Source: Candidatus Aenigmatarchaeota archaeon (GTDB lineage Archaea; Aenigmatarchaeota; Aenigmatarchaeia; QMZP01; QMZT01). From it: DNA of 64,000 nt. A program made the translations under genes and the position numbers. The notes beneath the pieces were generated by a model, which saw only the letters and a program-made list of their open reading frames with translations, did no database searches and had not been told where the DNA came from. The stretch is taken from contig CAVSBQ010000002.1 of the NCBI GenBank assembly GCA_963726265.1, positions 288,001 through 352,000 on the forward strand, given 5' to 3'. Of this stretch, positions 51,473 to 61,124 are shown piece after piece (the stretch's first letter is position 1; each line of letters opens with the position of its first letter).

Positions 51473-53536
51473 TCAGATCGTCCCTTTCAGCGCCTTGGCC
51501 TTGTCGAGCTCGAGGCGGTTGCTGAGCGCGTTGACCAGGTACTTCTTGCGCTTGTTCGAGATGAGCCAGTAGGGATAATAAACCGGCTTGACTTCTAGGA
51601 CGCGAATGTCCCATATCTCCGCGACCTTTTTCACGAAGTCCGTCGAGATGGTGAAGTCGAGCGTCTCTCCTTCGCGGTCGCGCTCGATTATCTTGCGGCT
51701 GAGCTTCATGGCATTCGCGTCCGCAGGGATGCGCAGGTCGTGCGCGATGCTGTATTCGTTTCCCTCGCTCGCGACCAGCTTCTTCTCCGCAAGGTGTTTC
51801 AGCCCTGCCTGCGCCTCGCTCAGCAGCATGCCCACGGCATTGGCTATCTTTTCTATTGACACGTTCCTGTTTTTCGCGATGTAAAGAAAGATGCTCCTCT
51901 GCGGCTGGGAAAGCTCGAGCAGCGGATGGATGCTCCTGCTGAACTCGACGGCATCGCCGCTCTCGAAAGCGACCTCGCCTGTTATGCCGTCAACGCAGAA
52001 CTCGACGTCCTGGCCGCGGTGAACGCCATCGACCTTCCAGAGCGGGTAGTTCAGGAAGCGGATGTCGTCCACGCTCTTGAAGACGCGCATGACGTCCTCC
52101 TCGAAAAACCTCGGCGCGTAGAGCGGGAGCTTGCTCTCGTATGCGACCGCTACGCCTTCCGTCTCATCAGTCTCGGGCAGCTTCACGACCGCCTCGCCGC
52201 CGTGCTGGCTGCGGCGAATGCGGATGTCCACTATGAGCGGCTGCTCCGTCACGCCGACGACCATGCATATGCCAATCGGGAGGTCTTTTATCTCTTCTCT
52301 CGTCCCCAGCTCTATCCCCTCGACGGAATCCATTATCGCGCGGATGTCGTTGGGATTCGTGACCTTCAGGATAATCTGGGTGGAACATTGAGACAGCACG
52401 TTCTTGTCGACCTTTGCAGGCCTCTGAGAAATTATGCAGAGCCCCACGCCGAACTTCCTGCCTTCGGAAGCGATGACGCGCAGGACCTTGGAGCTGGCGA
52501 CTTCCCCGAGGCCGCGTTCAGGGCAGAAGTTGTGCGCCTCCTCGAGCACGAAAAAGAACTCGGGTATCTTGCCGTATTTCCTCGCGTTGAAAAGCTCCTT
52601 CGCTAGCTTGAAGACGATAATCTGCTGGACATCGGGGCTCGCCTCCTTGAGGTCGATTATCGTGACCTTCCCCTCCTTCACGAGCTCGTCCGGCCTGGTC
52701 GGCTTCGCGGAAAACAGCTTCGTGCCTTCCAGGAATTCGAGCAGCGAGACCAGGTTGCGCTTCGCGCTGCTGTCCATCGAGTTTATCTCCTCTATTATGT
52801 TTTTCAGCGTGTAGTCCCTGCCCATGAGGTTCTTTATGGCGGAGTATAGCAGGCCCTCCTGGCCCGGCGAGATTTTCGTCGGCAGCATCTCGAATATGTC
52901 TTCCGCTGACAGCTTCGCATCGAGCTTTACCGGATTCTGCGCGCCGGCGTCGAAGACCTGGATTTTGTCCTTGTAGGATTTCGGCTTTATCTCGAACCTC
53001 TTCATCTGGCTGACTTCGCTCTCCTTCCTGTTCTCCTCGACAAGCGTGCGGTATTCGCCGTGCGGGTCTATGACGACGACAGCCGCCCCCTTCTCCGCGA
53101 GCTCCTCGAGCAGGACGCCGGCTGCATACGATTTTCCCGTGCCAGTCTTCGCCAGGATAGCGACGTGCTTGGTCAGCAGGTGCCTGAGCGGCAGGTTGAC
53201 GGGGATGTTGTAGCCTTCCAGAATTCCCACGTAAAGGCCGTCGTCCTTGAGGCCGAGCGTCATCTTTATCAGCTCGTCGTCCGCGATGTAAACGGGCGTG
53301 CCCGGCTCGAAGGGCGCGGACAGCGGCTTGAGGAAATTCCTCGAGTCCCTCGCCCCTATCACCTTCGCCTTCGCCACCGTGCTGTTCATGTAATTGGTTA
53401 TCGAGTCGACGTAGCTCAGAATCCACTTGCCCTCGAAATCCTTGACCGCGACGTACTGCAGCTTCTTGACCTTCGCCTCGGCCTTGAAGCTGAAGTCTTT
53501 TGTCGTCACGCTGCCCGATATTCTCCCCAGCATCAT
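51473..53536 (-). CDS. HerA/FtsK-like ATPase (DUF87) with an extra C-terminal winged-helix region
   Basis: N-terminal barrel, HVAILAKTGTGKSY, IDPHGEY, EEAHNF, EGRKFG and SQRPA; C-terminal helix-turn-helix-like segment. Confidence 0.85.
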   Translation of the reverse strand: MMLGRISGSVTTKDFSFKAEAKVKKLQYVAVKDFEGKWILSYVDSITNYMNSTVAKAKVIGARDSRNFLKPLSAPFEPGTPVYIADDELIKMTLGLKDDGLYVGILEGYNIPVNLPLRHLLTKHVAILAKTGTGKSYAAGVLLEELAEKGAAVVVIDPHGEYRTLVEENRKESEVSQMKRFEIKPKSYKDKIQVFDAGAQNPVKLDAKLSAEDIFEMLPTKISPGQEGLLYSAIKNLMGRDYTLKNIIEEINSMDSSAKRNLVSLLEFLEGTKLFSAKPTRPDELVKEGKVTIIDLKEASPDVQQIIVFKLAKELFNARKYGKIPEFFFVLEEAHNFCPERGLGEVASSKVLRVIASEGRKFGVGLCIISQRPAKVDKNVLSQCSTQIILKVTNPNDIRAIMDSVEGIELGTREEIKDLPIGICMVVGVTEQPLIVDIRIRRSQHGGEAVVKLPETDETEGVAVAYESKLPLYAPRFFEEDVMRVFKSVDDIRFLNYPLWKVDGVHRGQDVEFCVDGITGEVAFESGDAVEFSRSIHPLLELSQPQRSIFLYIAKNRNVSIEKIANAVGMLLSEAQAGLKHLAEKKLVASEGNEYSIAHDLRIPADANAMKLSRKIIERDREGETLDFTISTDFVKKVAEIWDIRVLEVKPVYYPYWLISNKRKKYLVNALSNRLELDKAKALKGTI

Positions 53537-53557
53537 GAAAATTAATTGGCTCGGGGC

Positions 53558-54509
53558 TTAATAAAAAGTGAAGAGTTTCTTCACCAAGTCCAGCCGAAGC
53601 ATTCCTGCGGCTTCTTGCTTTGCGTTTGCGGATGCGCTTCTTCCTGTGCTCGGCGCCTGCGATGACGTTCGCGGCGATTATCAGCGCCGCTCCGAGCAGG
53701 ACGTGCTGGGGCAGCGCCTCTGCAAGCAGAAAATAAGCGATGACTATTGCTGACAGCGGCTCGGTCAGGGAGGCGATTATGACAGCGTCGTGCGCCCTGA
53801 TGGTCTTCAGGCCTTCAGCGTAGAAGATGTAGCCGAAGAAGCTGGAAAGCGCTATGCCCGCGATGAAGAGCGGGACGAGACCCACGGGGTTGAAAGTCAG
53901 CGGCTCGAAGGGCAGCATGAAATAGAGTATCACGCCTCCGATCAGAAGGGGCCAGAAGCTGACCTTCCAGTAGGGCATGCCCTTGTTTTCGAAATGCCGC
54001 ATGAAGACGATGAAGACCGAATAGCCGATGCCTGCAGTCAGCGCGAGCAGGTTGCCAAACGCGTTGGATGCGAGATTTATTTCGGAGCCGTATATCGACC
54101 ATACACCTGCCGCTATCAGGAAAACTGCTGCGATTTCCCATTTCGTTATCTTCTCGCGCAGGAACACGAAGGAGAGCAGCGCGGTCACGACGGGGTAAAC
54201 GTAGACGAGCGCGACCGCGTTCGCGACGGGTATGTAGGAGAAGGATTTTATGTAGAAGCCGAAGCCGATTGTCACGCCGAAAAGGCCCGCGGCCAGGAAG
54301 AGCAGCAGGTCCTTCTTCCTTATGCCGAGGTTCTCCATCGTCTTTATGTTCTTCGAGCAGATGACCAGCAGCACTATCATGAGCGCGGACAGCAGCGTCC
54401 TGAAAATAGTCAGCAGGAACGGCGAGACATTCGCTCCCGCGAGCTTCGCCCATATGCCCGTCGTGCCAAGGATTATGCCCGTGAGGATAAGGTAAAACGT
54501 GCCCCTCAT
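53558..54509 (-). CDS. DMT/EamA family transporter (3' frameshift; true stop at 53558 or 53581)
   Basis: Two EamA-like repeats with about 10 transmembrane helices. The long read-through into herA in the ORF track is out-of-frame junk. Confidence 0.85.
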
Positions 54510-54560
54510 GCCAAAACCACCATGCCTATATTTTAATTCTGTTGCGCGATAATTAATGCT

Positions 54561-55121
54561 ATGAATGCTATGGCGGAAACATACTTCGTCACCACGAACT
54601 GCAACAAGTTCAGCGAAGCGGAGAAAATCCTCGGCCGCGGCTTCGGCCTGAGGCAGATGAAGCTCGAAATTCCCGAGGTTCAGGCGCTTGACGCGAAGAA
54701 AGTCGCGGAAGAGAAGGCGAAAGCCGCGTATGCGAAAGTGAAGAGGCCGGTCATCGTCGAGGACACGGCGCTTTACCTGAAGGCGTGGAACGGCTTCCCC
54801 GGCGCGCTGATATCATGGGCCGTAAAAACCATGGGCATCGAAGGGATTTGCAGATTCATCGGCAAGGACAGGTCGGCGAAGGCGGAGGCGTATGTGGCAT
54901 ATTACGACGGCAAAAATATGAGAACATTTTCAGGCAGCATAAAGGGCAGCATCGCCCGCGAGCCGCGGGGAGCGGACAGGTTCGACTGGGACAGGATATT
55001 CATTCCCGAAGGCCGCAGCAAGACGTTCGCCGAGATGACGCTTGCCGAGAAGAACCGCATCTCCCACAGGATGAAGGCGTTCAGCCAGCTTAAAAAACAC
55101 CTTCGTGCGGGGAAGGCCTGA
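54561..55121 (+). CDS. rdgB: Ham1/RdgB non-canonical purine NTP pyrophosphatase
   Basis: TTNCNK, VEDTAL, NGFPG, FDWDRIFIP, TFAEM and KNRISHR. Confidence 0.93.
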   Translation: MNAMAETYFVTTNCNKFSEAEKILGRGFGLRQMKLEIPEVQALDAKKVAEEKAKAAYAKVKRPVIVEDTALYLKAWNGFPGALISWAVKTMGIEGICRFIGKDRSAKAEAYVAYYDGKNMRTFSGSIKGSIAREPRGADRFDWDRIFIPEGRSKTFAEMTLAEKNRISHRMKAFSQLKKHLRAGKA

Positions 55122-55157
55122 AAGCCTTTTAAAATTTTCGGCCATTATATACATTCT

Positions 55158-56318
55158 ATGAAATCGGGAAAAACGCGCGGCAGGCCTGTAACCTTCTTTT
55201 ATCTCCTGCTGGCATGCGTGATGGGCGGCATAATAGGCTCAGGCATAACCATTTTTATAGTCGCGCCCGGCCTGTTCTCTGGGGCAGCCGTGAACGGGAC
55301 GACGCTTGAAAAAATTTACATGAACGGCAGCGTCCAGCTGGAGGACAGGATAGTGGACCTGCTGAAGGACAACAAGGAATCCGTCGTTTACGTTGACACG
55401 CTGAAGCAGGTGCAGACCGCTTTCGGCGTCACGCAGTCTGAGGCATCGGGCTCTGGCTTCGTCGTCTCTGAAGATGGCTACATCGTCACGAATGATCATG
55501 TTGTGGCGGATGCGACGAAGATAACGGTCGTGTTCTCGAGCGGCGATGAGTTCGAGGCGACGCTGAGAGGCGCCGACCCGCTCAACGACGTGGCCGTCAT
55601 AAAGATAACGCCTAAGTTCGGGCAGAAGCTCAACCCCGTCGAGATAGGCGATTCGGACGGCGTGAGCGAGGGCGAATTCGTGGTCGCGATAGGCAGTCCG
55701 TTCCGCCTCCAGAACACGATAACGCTTGGCATTGTTTCCGCGCTGAACAGGACGCTCGAATCCGAAGGGGGGTTCGTCATAGAGAAGGTCATACAGACCG
55801 ACGCAGCCGTCAACCCCGGCAACTCGGGCGGCCCGCTGATAAACCTCGACGGCAAGGTCATAGGCATAAACACGGCGATAATTTCGCAGTCCGGCGGCTC
55901 TGAAGGGATTGGCTTCGCCATCCCGATAAACACGGTCAAGAAAGTATACACCGAAATAATAGAGAGCGGCAAGGTCAGGAGACCGTGGCTCGGCATAACC
56001 AGTTCCGATGTGACGAGCGAAATGGTGAAGGCCTGGGACCTCGGGGTCGATTATGGCGTCATAATCGTCGATTTTGCCGATTTCAGCCCTGCAAAGGAGG
56101 CCGGTCTCCGTGAAACCGTATCAAGGCCGGGCAAGCAGGATTTCGTCCTCGGCGACATAATCGTCTCGATAGGCGGGCATAAGATAGAGGACAACTCCGG
56201 CCTGTTCAACGTCCTGCTGAAATACAGTCCCGGCGACACGGTCGAAGTCGAAATCTACAGGGACGGCGGCTTCATGAAGCTCAGCGTGACGCTAGGCGAA
56301 AGACCGCCGGGGATTTAA
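55158..56318 (+). CDS. HtrA/DegP-like serine protease with PDZ domain
   Basis: Transmembrane anchor, GSGF, TNDHVV, DVAV, IQTDAAVNPGNSGGP and a PDZ tail. Confidence 0.95.
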   Translation: MKSGKTRGRPVTFFYLLLACVMGGIIGSGITIFIVAPGLFSGAAVNGTTLEKIYMNGSVQLEDRIVDLLKDNKESVVYVDTLKQVQTAFGVTQSEASGSGFVVSEDGYIVTNDHVVADATKITVVFSSGDEFEATLRGADPLNDVAVIKITPKFGQKLNPVEIGDSDGVSEGEFVVAIGSPFRLQNTITLGIVSALNRTLESEGGFVIEKVIQTDAAVNPGNSGGPLINLDGKVIGINTAIISQSGGSEGIGFAIPINTVKKVYTEIIESGKVRRPWLGITSSDVTSEMVKAWDLGVDYGVIIVDFADFSPAKEAGLRETVSRPGKQDFVLGDIIVSIGGHKIEDNSGLFNVLLKYSPGDTVEVEIYRDGGFMKLSVTLGERPPGI

Positions 56319-56331
56319 GCGCCAAGCGCAA

Positions 56332-56754
56332 TCATATGTCCAGAAACATCAGACCGGTTTCTTCATCCTTTTTTCTTTTCAGTTCTGCTTTCAGCGGTCT
56401 GAAGACGATCTCGCACATAGGGAAGACTTTTGCTTCATTCAAATGCCCTCCAAAAACGCGGAACTCAGAATCCGAAATGACCATGTGCGCGTGTATCCGT
56501 ATCTTCCCCTCGGCGAGCGACACGTTCCCCGAGAGGCTGACGACTTCGTAAGGCGGCCTGTCAAAAACTCGCGAATGATATCTTTTGTCCTTGATGGCGT
56601 AATACGCGAGTTCCGCTCTAGCCACGCCGCCGATGCCGGAAAGCGAGCCGGCTTTTATTTTTTCCTTCTCGCAGAAGCGAACCAGCGAATCTATTATTTT
56701 GTCGCCTTTCTCCAGAAGTATGACATACGCATTCCCTGATTTTTTGTATTGCAT
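56332..56754 (-). CDS. PPC-domain (DUF296) protein
   Basis: GIGG, EVVSLSGN, HAH and GGHL. Confidence 0.9.
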   Translation of the reverse strand: MQYKKSGNAYVILLEKGDKIIDSLVRFCEKEKIKAGSLSGIGGVARAELAYYAIKDKRYHSRVFDRPPYEVVSLSGNVSLAEGKIRIHAHMVISDSEFRVFGGHLNEAKVFPMCEIVFRPLKAELKRKKDEETGLMFLDI

Positions 56755-56762
56755 GTTTCGGC

Positions 56763-57677
56763 CTATTTCTTTTTTGATGTAATGTATCTTTTTATCGCTT
56801 CTTTCTTAATGAACCAGTTTCTGCCAAGTTTTACCGCTTCGATCTTGCCTTTCCTTGCAAGCAAACTCAGATATTCCTGTGAGTAAGGAGAACCTTTCGA
56901 TGCTTCAGACAGACTAATGTATTCCGCACCTTTCTTGAAGGTGTCAAGATAGAGATCAAAACTTCTTTCCGCATTTCTGCCTATGAAGTTGGTGAACGGT
57001 TTTAGGTTCCCTTTGTCGGCTTCTTTGAGACAGTCGTAATATTTTTTCCTGTCGACCTTGAGGACCATCGTAACAGGATACCCATGTCGCATGAGGAACA
57101 TATTCATGAGAAGTCTCGCGCACCTGCCGTTCCCGTCCGTGAAGGGATGTATTTCGACGAGCCCGTAATGGATAGTCGCAGACAACTCTATCACGTTAAG
57201 CTTATCCGGGTTTCTGGCAATACATTTGACAAATTCTTTCATCTTCTCGGGAACTTTTTCAAATCTCGGCGGACTCTTTATTGCTCCGAGAATCCTGACA
57301 TTCACGTCCCTGTATCTTCCGGCATATTCGTCATCTATTCCTGTTGTTATTATTTTATGGATATTCTTTATGACATGCTCTGTTATGGGGGGTTTGGTTT
57401 TCACCAAATCCTCTAGAAAATCAAACGCCTTCTGGTGGTTTATGGCCTCGAAATGCTCCCTCAAGGGCTTGCCGCTTATCGTTATGCCTTCCTCTATCAC
57501 GAGCCTGGTTTCCCTGAGCGTGAGCGTGTTGCCCTCGATGGCGTTCGAATTGTAAGCCAGTTCTATAGCGAACTGCTTTCTTAGCCGCTCGAGGACGCTT
57601 TTAGGCAGCGGCCTCAAGGCGTCAAGCTCTTTCTTCTTCCTTGATATTCTCTCGTATATGTCCTTGTCCATTATCAT
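56763..57677 (-). CDS. Fic-domain protein with a C-terminal HTH
   Basis: HPFTDGNGRCAR catalytic motif; N-terminal SNAIEGN inhibitory motif; C-terminal YSQEYLSLLARKG...KLGRNW. AT-richer than core genes. Confidence 0.93.
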   Translation of the reverse strand: MIMDKDIYERISRKKKELDALRPLPKSVLERLRKQFAIELAYNSNAIEGNTLTLRETRLVIEEGITISGKPLREHFEAINHQKAFDFLEDLVKTKPPITEHVIKNIHKIITTGIDDEYAGRYRDVNVRILGAIKSPPRFEKVPEKMKEFVKCIARNPDKLNVIELSATIHYGLVEIHPFTDGNGRCARLLMNMFLMRHGYPVTMVLKVDRKKYYDCLKEADKGNLKPFTNFIGRNAERSFDLYLDTFKKGAEYISLSEASKGSPYSQEYLSLLARKGKIEAVKLGRNWFIKKEAIKRYITSKKK

Positions 57678-57695
57678 GACATCACTGATAGATAT

Positions 57696-57732
57696 TGTAT
57701 CGGATAGCTTAAAAATCTATCTATCCGATACA
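57696..57732. promoter_or_regulatory. Perfect 12-bp inverted repeat flanking the putative fic TATA box (candidate operator)
   Basis: TGTATCGGATAG (57696-57707), a 13-nt spacer CTTAAAAATCTAT, then CTATCCGATACA (57721-57732). The spacer reads TTTTTAAG on the minus strand, about 30 nt upstream of the fic ATG. Confidence 0.7.
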
Positions 57733-57776
57733 TAAGGAGGAAACGTAAAATTTTGATAATTTTTGACTTTATTTTA

Positions 57777-57919
57777 TGAGCCCGAGGGGATTCGAACCCC
57801 CAACCTCTCGGTTTCTTCTGCAAGCAGCCGAAGCCGAGCGCTCTTTCCGCAGTCCCGTTTTTCCGCAAGCGCTTTTGCGCATCAGCGGAAAAGGGCTTAT
57901 CCGGTTGAGCTACGGACCC
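57777..57919 (-). tRNA. tRNA-Arg(TCG) with two introns (D-loop 57845-57898; canonical 37/38 57813-57827)
   Basis: Removing both introns gives a 74-nt cloverleaf: GGGTCCG TA GCTC AACCGGATA GAGC G CTCGG CTTCGGA CCGAG AGGTT GGGGG TTCGAAT CCCCT CGGGCTC A. The BHB central helix is CTTC/GAAG at 37/38. CCA is not encoded. Confidence 0.9.
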
Positions 57920-58061
57920 GTTCCTTGGAAAGACGCAGTCGCGGACTGCGTCAACATGTTAGCATGCTAGTATAATCTACTGTGTTGAAGTTTGGAATAA
58001 AAAGTTAAAGCCAGGCGGTTGTGTGAAGCCAATGCAGTTCCCGCTTATTCACGGAAACTGC

Positions 58062-58601
58062 TCACCGGCAGACCAAGTCCCTTTTGACCTCTTGGACCTT
58101 GCTGTTGCCTGACAGCATCTTGACTATTTCCAGCGCGAACTCCATTGCCGTGCCCGGCCCCTGCGAGGTTATGATGTGGCCGTCCGTAACGACGTTCGCG
58201 TTCCTCGGGCGCGGGATTTCCCTCTCCATGCCGGGATAAATGGTCGCTCTCCTGTCGTCAAGGACGCCATGCTTCGCGAGTATCGAAGGCGCCCCGCATA
58301 TCGCTGCTATGGGCTTCTTCTGGTTGTCGAAGTCGTTTATTATCTCGGCGACCTTCTTCGACTTGCCCAGGTTTATGTAGCCTGGGTTGCCTCCCGGAAG
58401 CACGAGACAGTCGAACTCCTTGTGGTCGACCTCGTCTATCCTCGTGTCCGTCATTATCTTTACCCCGGACCTTCCCTTTATCATGGTCCCGGGTAGGCCT
58501 GCTACGACGACGTCAAGCCCCGCCCTTCTCAGCACATCGATGACCGTCATCGCTTCTATCTCGTCGAAGCCCTCTGCCAAAGGAACAAGAACCCTTTTCA
58601 T
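58062..58601 (-). CDS. DJ-1/PfpI/YajL family protein
   Basis: GFDEIEA, DVLRRAG, LPGG, AICGAP and TSQGPGT. Confidence 0.93.
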   Translation of the reverse strand: MKRVLVPLAEGFDEIEAMTVIDVLRRAGLDVVVAGLPGTMIKGRSGVKIMTDTRIDEVDHKEFDCLVLPGGNPGYINLGKSKKVAEIINDFDNQKKPIAAICGAPSILAKHGVLDDRRATIYPGMEREIPRPRNANVVTDGHIITSQGPGTAMEFALEIVKMLSGNSKVQEVKRDLVCR

Positions 58602-58769
58602 GAACAACACCCCTCTTTACCGCATTTGCCGAAATGCCTGATTATATAATTAAAATGCGCCCAAGATTTATAAACAAGCTATTTATATATAAAAGTTAAA
58701 ATAATTGAATAATCCAAAAGGTCCAAAAAGGGTTTTTGGGTTTATCATATTTAATATAGGAGGTTTCGA

Positions 58770-59468
58770 ATGCAACCTACACCGCCTAATTACATGGCGT
58801 ATGACAGGACGATAGTCGTCTTTTCGCCGGACGGTCGCTTGCTCCAGGTGGAATATGCAAGGCAGGCCGTGAAGAGAGGAAGCACGGCAGCAGGCCTGGT
58901 CGTGAGCAGCGGCGTCATAATCGGGGCAACCAAATCATCGGCCCCGCTGAGCGTCAGCGACAGCTTCAAGAAGATATTTGTGATAGATGACCACATAGGC
59001 ATAGTGGGCTCGGGCATCCTTGCGGATGCGAGATACCTTGTCGACATTGCCAGGGTTAAGGCACAGATACACAAGATAACGTATGGCGAGCCCGTATCGG
59101 TTCACACGACTGCAAAGCATCTGGCGAACCACAAGCACATGGCAACACAATACGCTGGCCTAAGACCTTTTGGCATAGGGCTGCTTGTCGGAGGCGTTGA
59201 CAGCGACGGCCCGAACCTTTACGAGACTGACCCGTCGGGAACGATGCTCCAGTGGAACGCGCAGGCAATAGGCAGGGGCGCCGAAAAGGCAAAGAAGGTT
59301 CTGAGTTCTGACTTCAAGCCGAACATGGCAGTCAAGGACGGGCTCAAGCTCCTTATCAAGGCGCTCAAGGCAGGGGAAAAAGGCGTCACGAAGGACAACA
59401 TAGAGCTCTCGGTGATAACCGAGAAAGGCGTCAAGAAAGTCTCTGCGGCCGAAGTCGACAAACTCTGA
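58770..59468 (+). CDS. psmA: Proteasome subunit alpha
   Basis: YDRTIVVFSPDGRLLQVEYA, RPFG and TDPSG. Confidence 0.97.
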   Translation: MQPTPPNYMAYDRTIVVFSPDGRLLQVEYARQAVKRGSTAAGLVVSSGVIIGATKSSAPLSVSDSFKKIFVIDDHIGIVGSGILADARYLVDIARVKAQIHKITYGEPVSVHTTAKHLANHKHMATQYAGLRPFGIGLLVGGVDSDGPNLYETDPSGTMLQWNAQAIGRGAEKAKKVLSSDFKPNMAVKDGLKLLIKALKAGEKGVTKDNIELSVITEKGVKKVSAAEVDKL

Positions 59469-59536
59469 GCTAGGGCGGTAAATTTTCGCACAGGAAAAGC
59501 GGATTTCTGGTAGTTTGCACTCGCAAAGGTGTTTCT

Positions 59537-60242
59537 ATGGTTTCTGTTGAAGATGCAGTCATAGCGCGCATAACCAGAGCGGGCATGACCTTCGAGATAC
59601 TGGTCGACCCCGACAAGGCGCTCGATTTCAGGAGGGGGAAGGAGATTGATATAGACACCATACTTGCGGTGTCCGAGATATTCAAGGACTCGCGCAAAGG
59701 CGACCGGCATTCATCCGAAGAGCTCTACAAGGCTTTCGGAACTACGAACCTCTGGGAAGTCGCGAGGAAGATACTGAAGGATGGCGACGTGCAGCTCACG
59801 ACGGAGCAGAGGCACAGGATGATCGAGGACAAGAAAAAGGAGATAGCGACTACCATCGCCCGCCAGGGCATGGACCCGAGGACGAAGATGCCCCACCCGG
59901 TGTCGAGGATACTCAACGCGATGGCGGAGGCGCAGGGTGGCGATCGACCCGTTCAAGCCCGCGAAGGAGCAGCTGAAACTGGTGCTGGACAAGATACAGG
60001 AAATCCTGCCCATATCGCTGGAGAGGATCGAGGTCGCGATACGCGTGCCCATCGAGTTCGCAGGGAAAGCGAACGCCATCGTCCGCGAGATAACCGAGGT
60101 GAAGAAGGAGGAATGGACTTCGACGGCGTGGATAGCCATCATAGAAATACCCGCGGGCATACAGGCCGACATCTACGAGAAGCTGAACAAGCTCACCGCG
60201 GGCAAGGTTGATGTTAAAATCGTTAAGGAGCATAAGATATAG
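59537..60242 (+). CDS. Ribosome maturation factor SBDS/Sdo1 (frameshift near 59936)
   Basis: FEILVDP, QLTTEQR and DPRTKMPHP, then IDPFKPAKEQ...IPAG...LTAG in the +1 frame. Confidence 0.93.
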
Positions 60243-60259
60243 ATTTACGGTGATAAAAT

Positions 60260-61118
60260 ATGGAAAAGCCAAAAGAAGACAAGTTGGAAAGGGAAATGGA
60301 AAGGACTAGAGAAACAAGAGGTTGGAGTAAAGGAAATCAAAAGGGAGGAAATTGAGACCAGGCAGCTGACAAAGGACGAAACCATGGCCGAAAAGGCAAT
60401 GCCTGAAAGAAAAGAACATGTGGAAGAACACGGTGAAGAACACATGCACGAGCTGCAGAACGAGAAGAAAGTCGTCCTGCCCGGAGACAGGATCGTCGAA
60501 TCGATGGATTATCTTCCGGGAAGGAACTGCTACCGCGACGGCGACTCGATATACTCGAAAAGGCTCGGAGTCGTGTATTACAGGGGACGCGTGATTGACG
60601 TCGTTGCCCTGTCGGGCAAATACATGCCTGAGCCGGAGGACATGGTGATAGGCACCGTGAAGGAAGTCCAGTATTCCGGCTGGATAATTGACATCAATTC
60701 GCCCTACAAGGCCTTCCTGCCGCTGGCGGGAGTCAGAGGATTCCTTGACCCGGCGAGGACTGACCTTACCAAGATATACGGCATAGGCGACGTCATATAC
60801 GCGATGGTGCTTGACGTCACGCCCATGAAGGATGTCAAGATCTCGATGAAAGACCCGAGCACCAGGAAGTTTGAAAACGGCAGGATAGTGAGCATCTCGC
60901 CCGTCAAGGTTCCCAGGGTAATCGGCAAGCAGGGCTCTATGATAAACATGATAAAGGACAAGACCGGCTGCAGGATTTCCGTGGGCCAGAACGGGGTCAT
61001 ATGGATACAGGGCGAGAGGGAGAACCTTGCCGCGAGGGCCGTGATGGAAATAGAGAGGAACTCGCAGATGTCCGGCCTGACCGACCACATCGGCAAGCTC
61101 CTGGCAGAGGGCAAATAG
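60260..61118 (+). CDS. rrp4: Exosome RNA-binding subunit Rrp4 (conserved core from about 60470; start 60260 with a frameshift, or 60384)
   Basis: VVLPGD, YMPEPEDMVIG, DINSPY, KVPRVIGKQGSM and VGQNGVIW. Confidence 0.93.
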
Positions 61119-61124
61119 GAGGAG

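Noticed and set aside
52518..54509. Apparent 663-aa EamA fusion extending over herA
   Set aside because: The extension is out-of-frame herA sequence. A one-base indel near 53620 restores a stop at 53558 or 53581.
56332..57919. Integrated element at tRNA-Arg
   Set aside because: No integrase, and no duplicate of the tRNA 3' end was noticed in the window.
57674..57975. Short ORFs at 57674-57868, 57763-57975 and 57776-57970
   Set aside because: They overlap the intron-containing tRNA gene.
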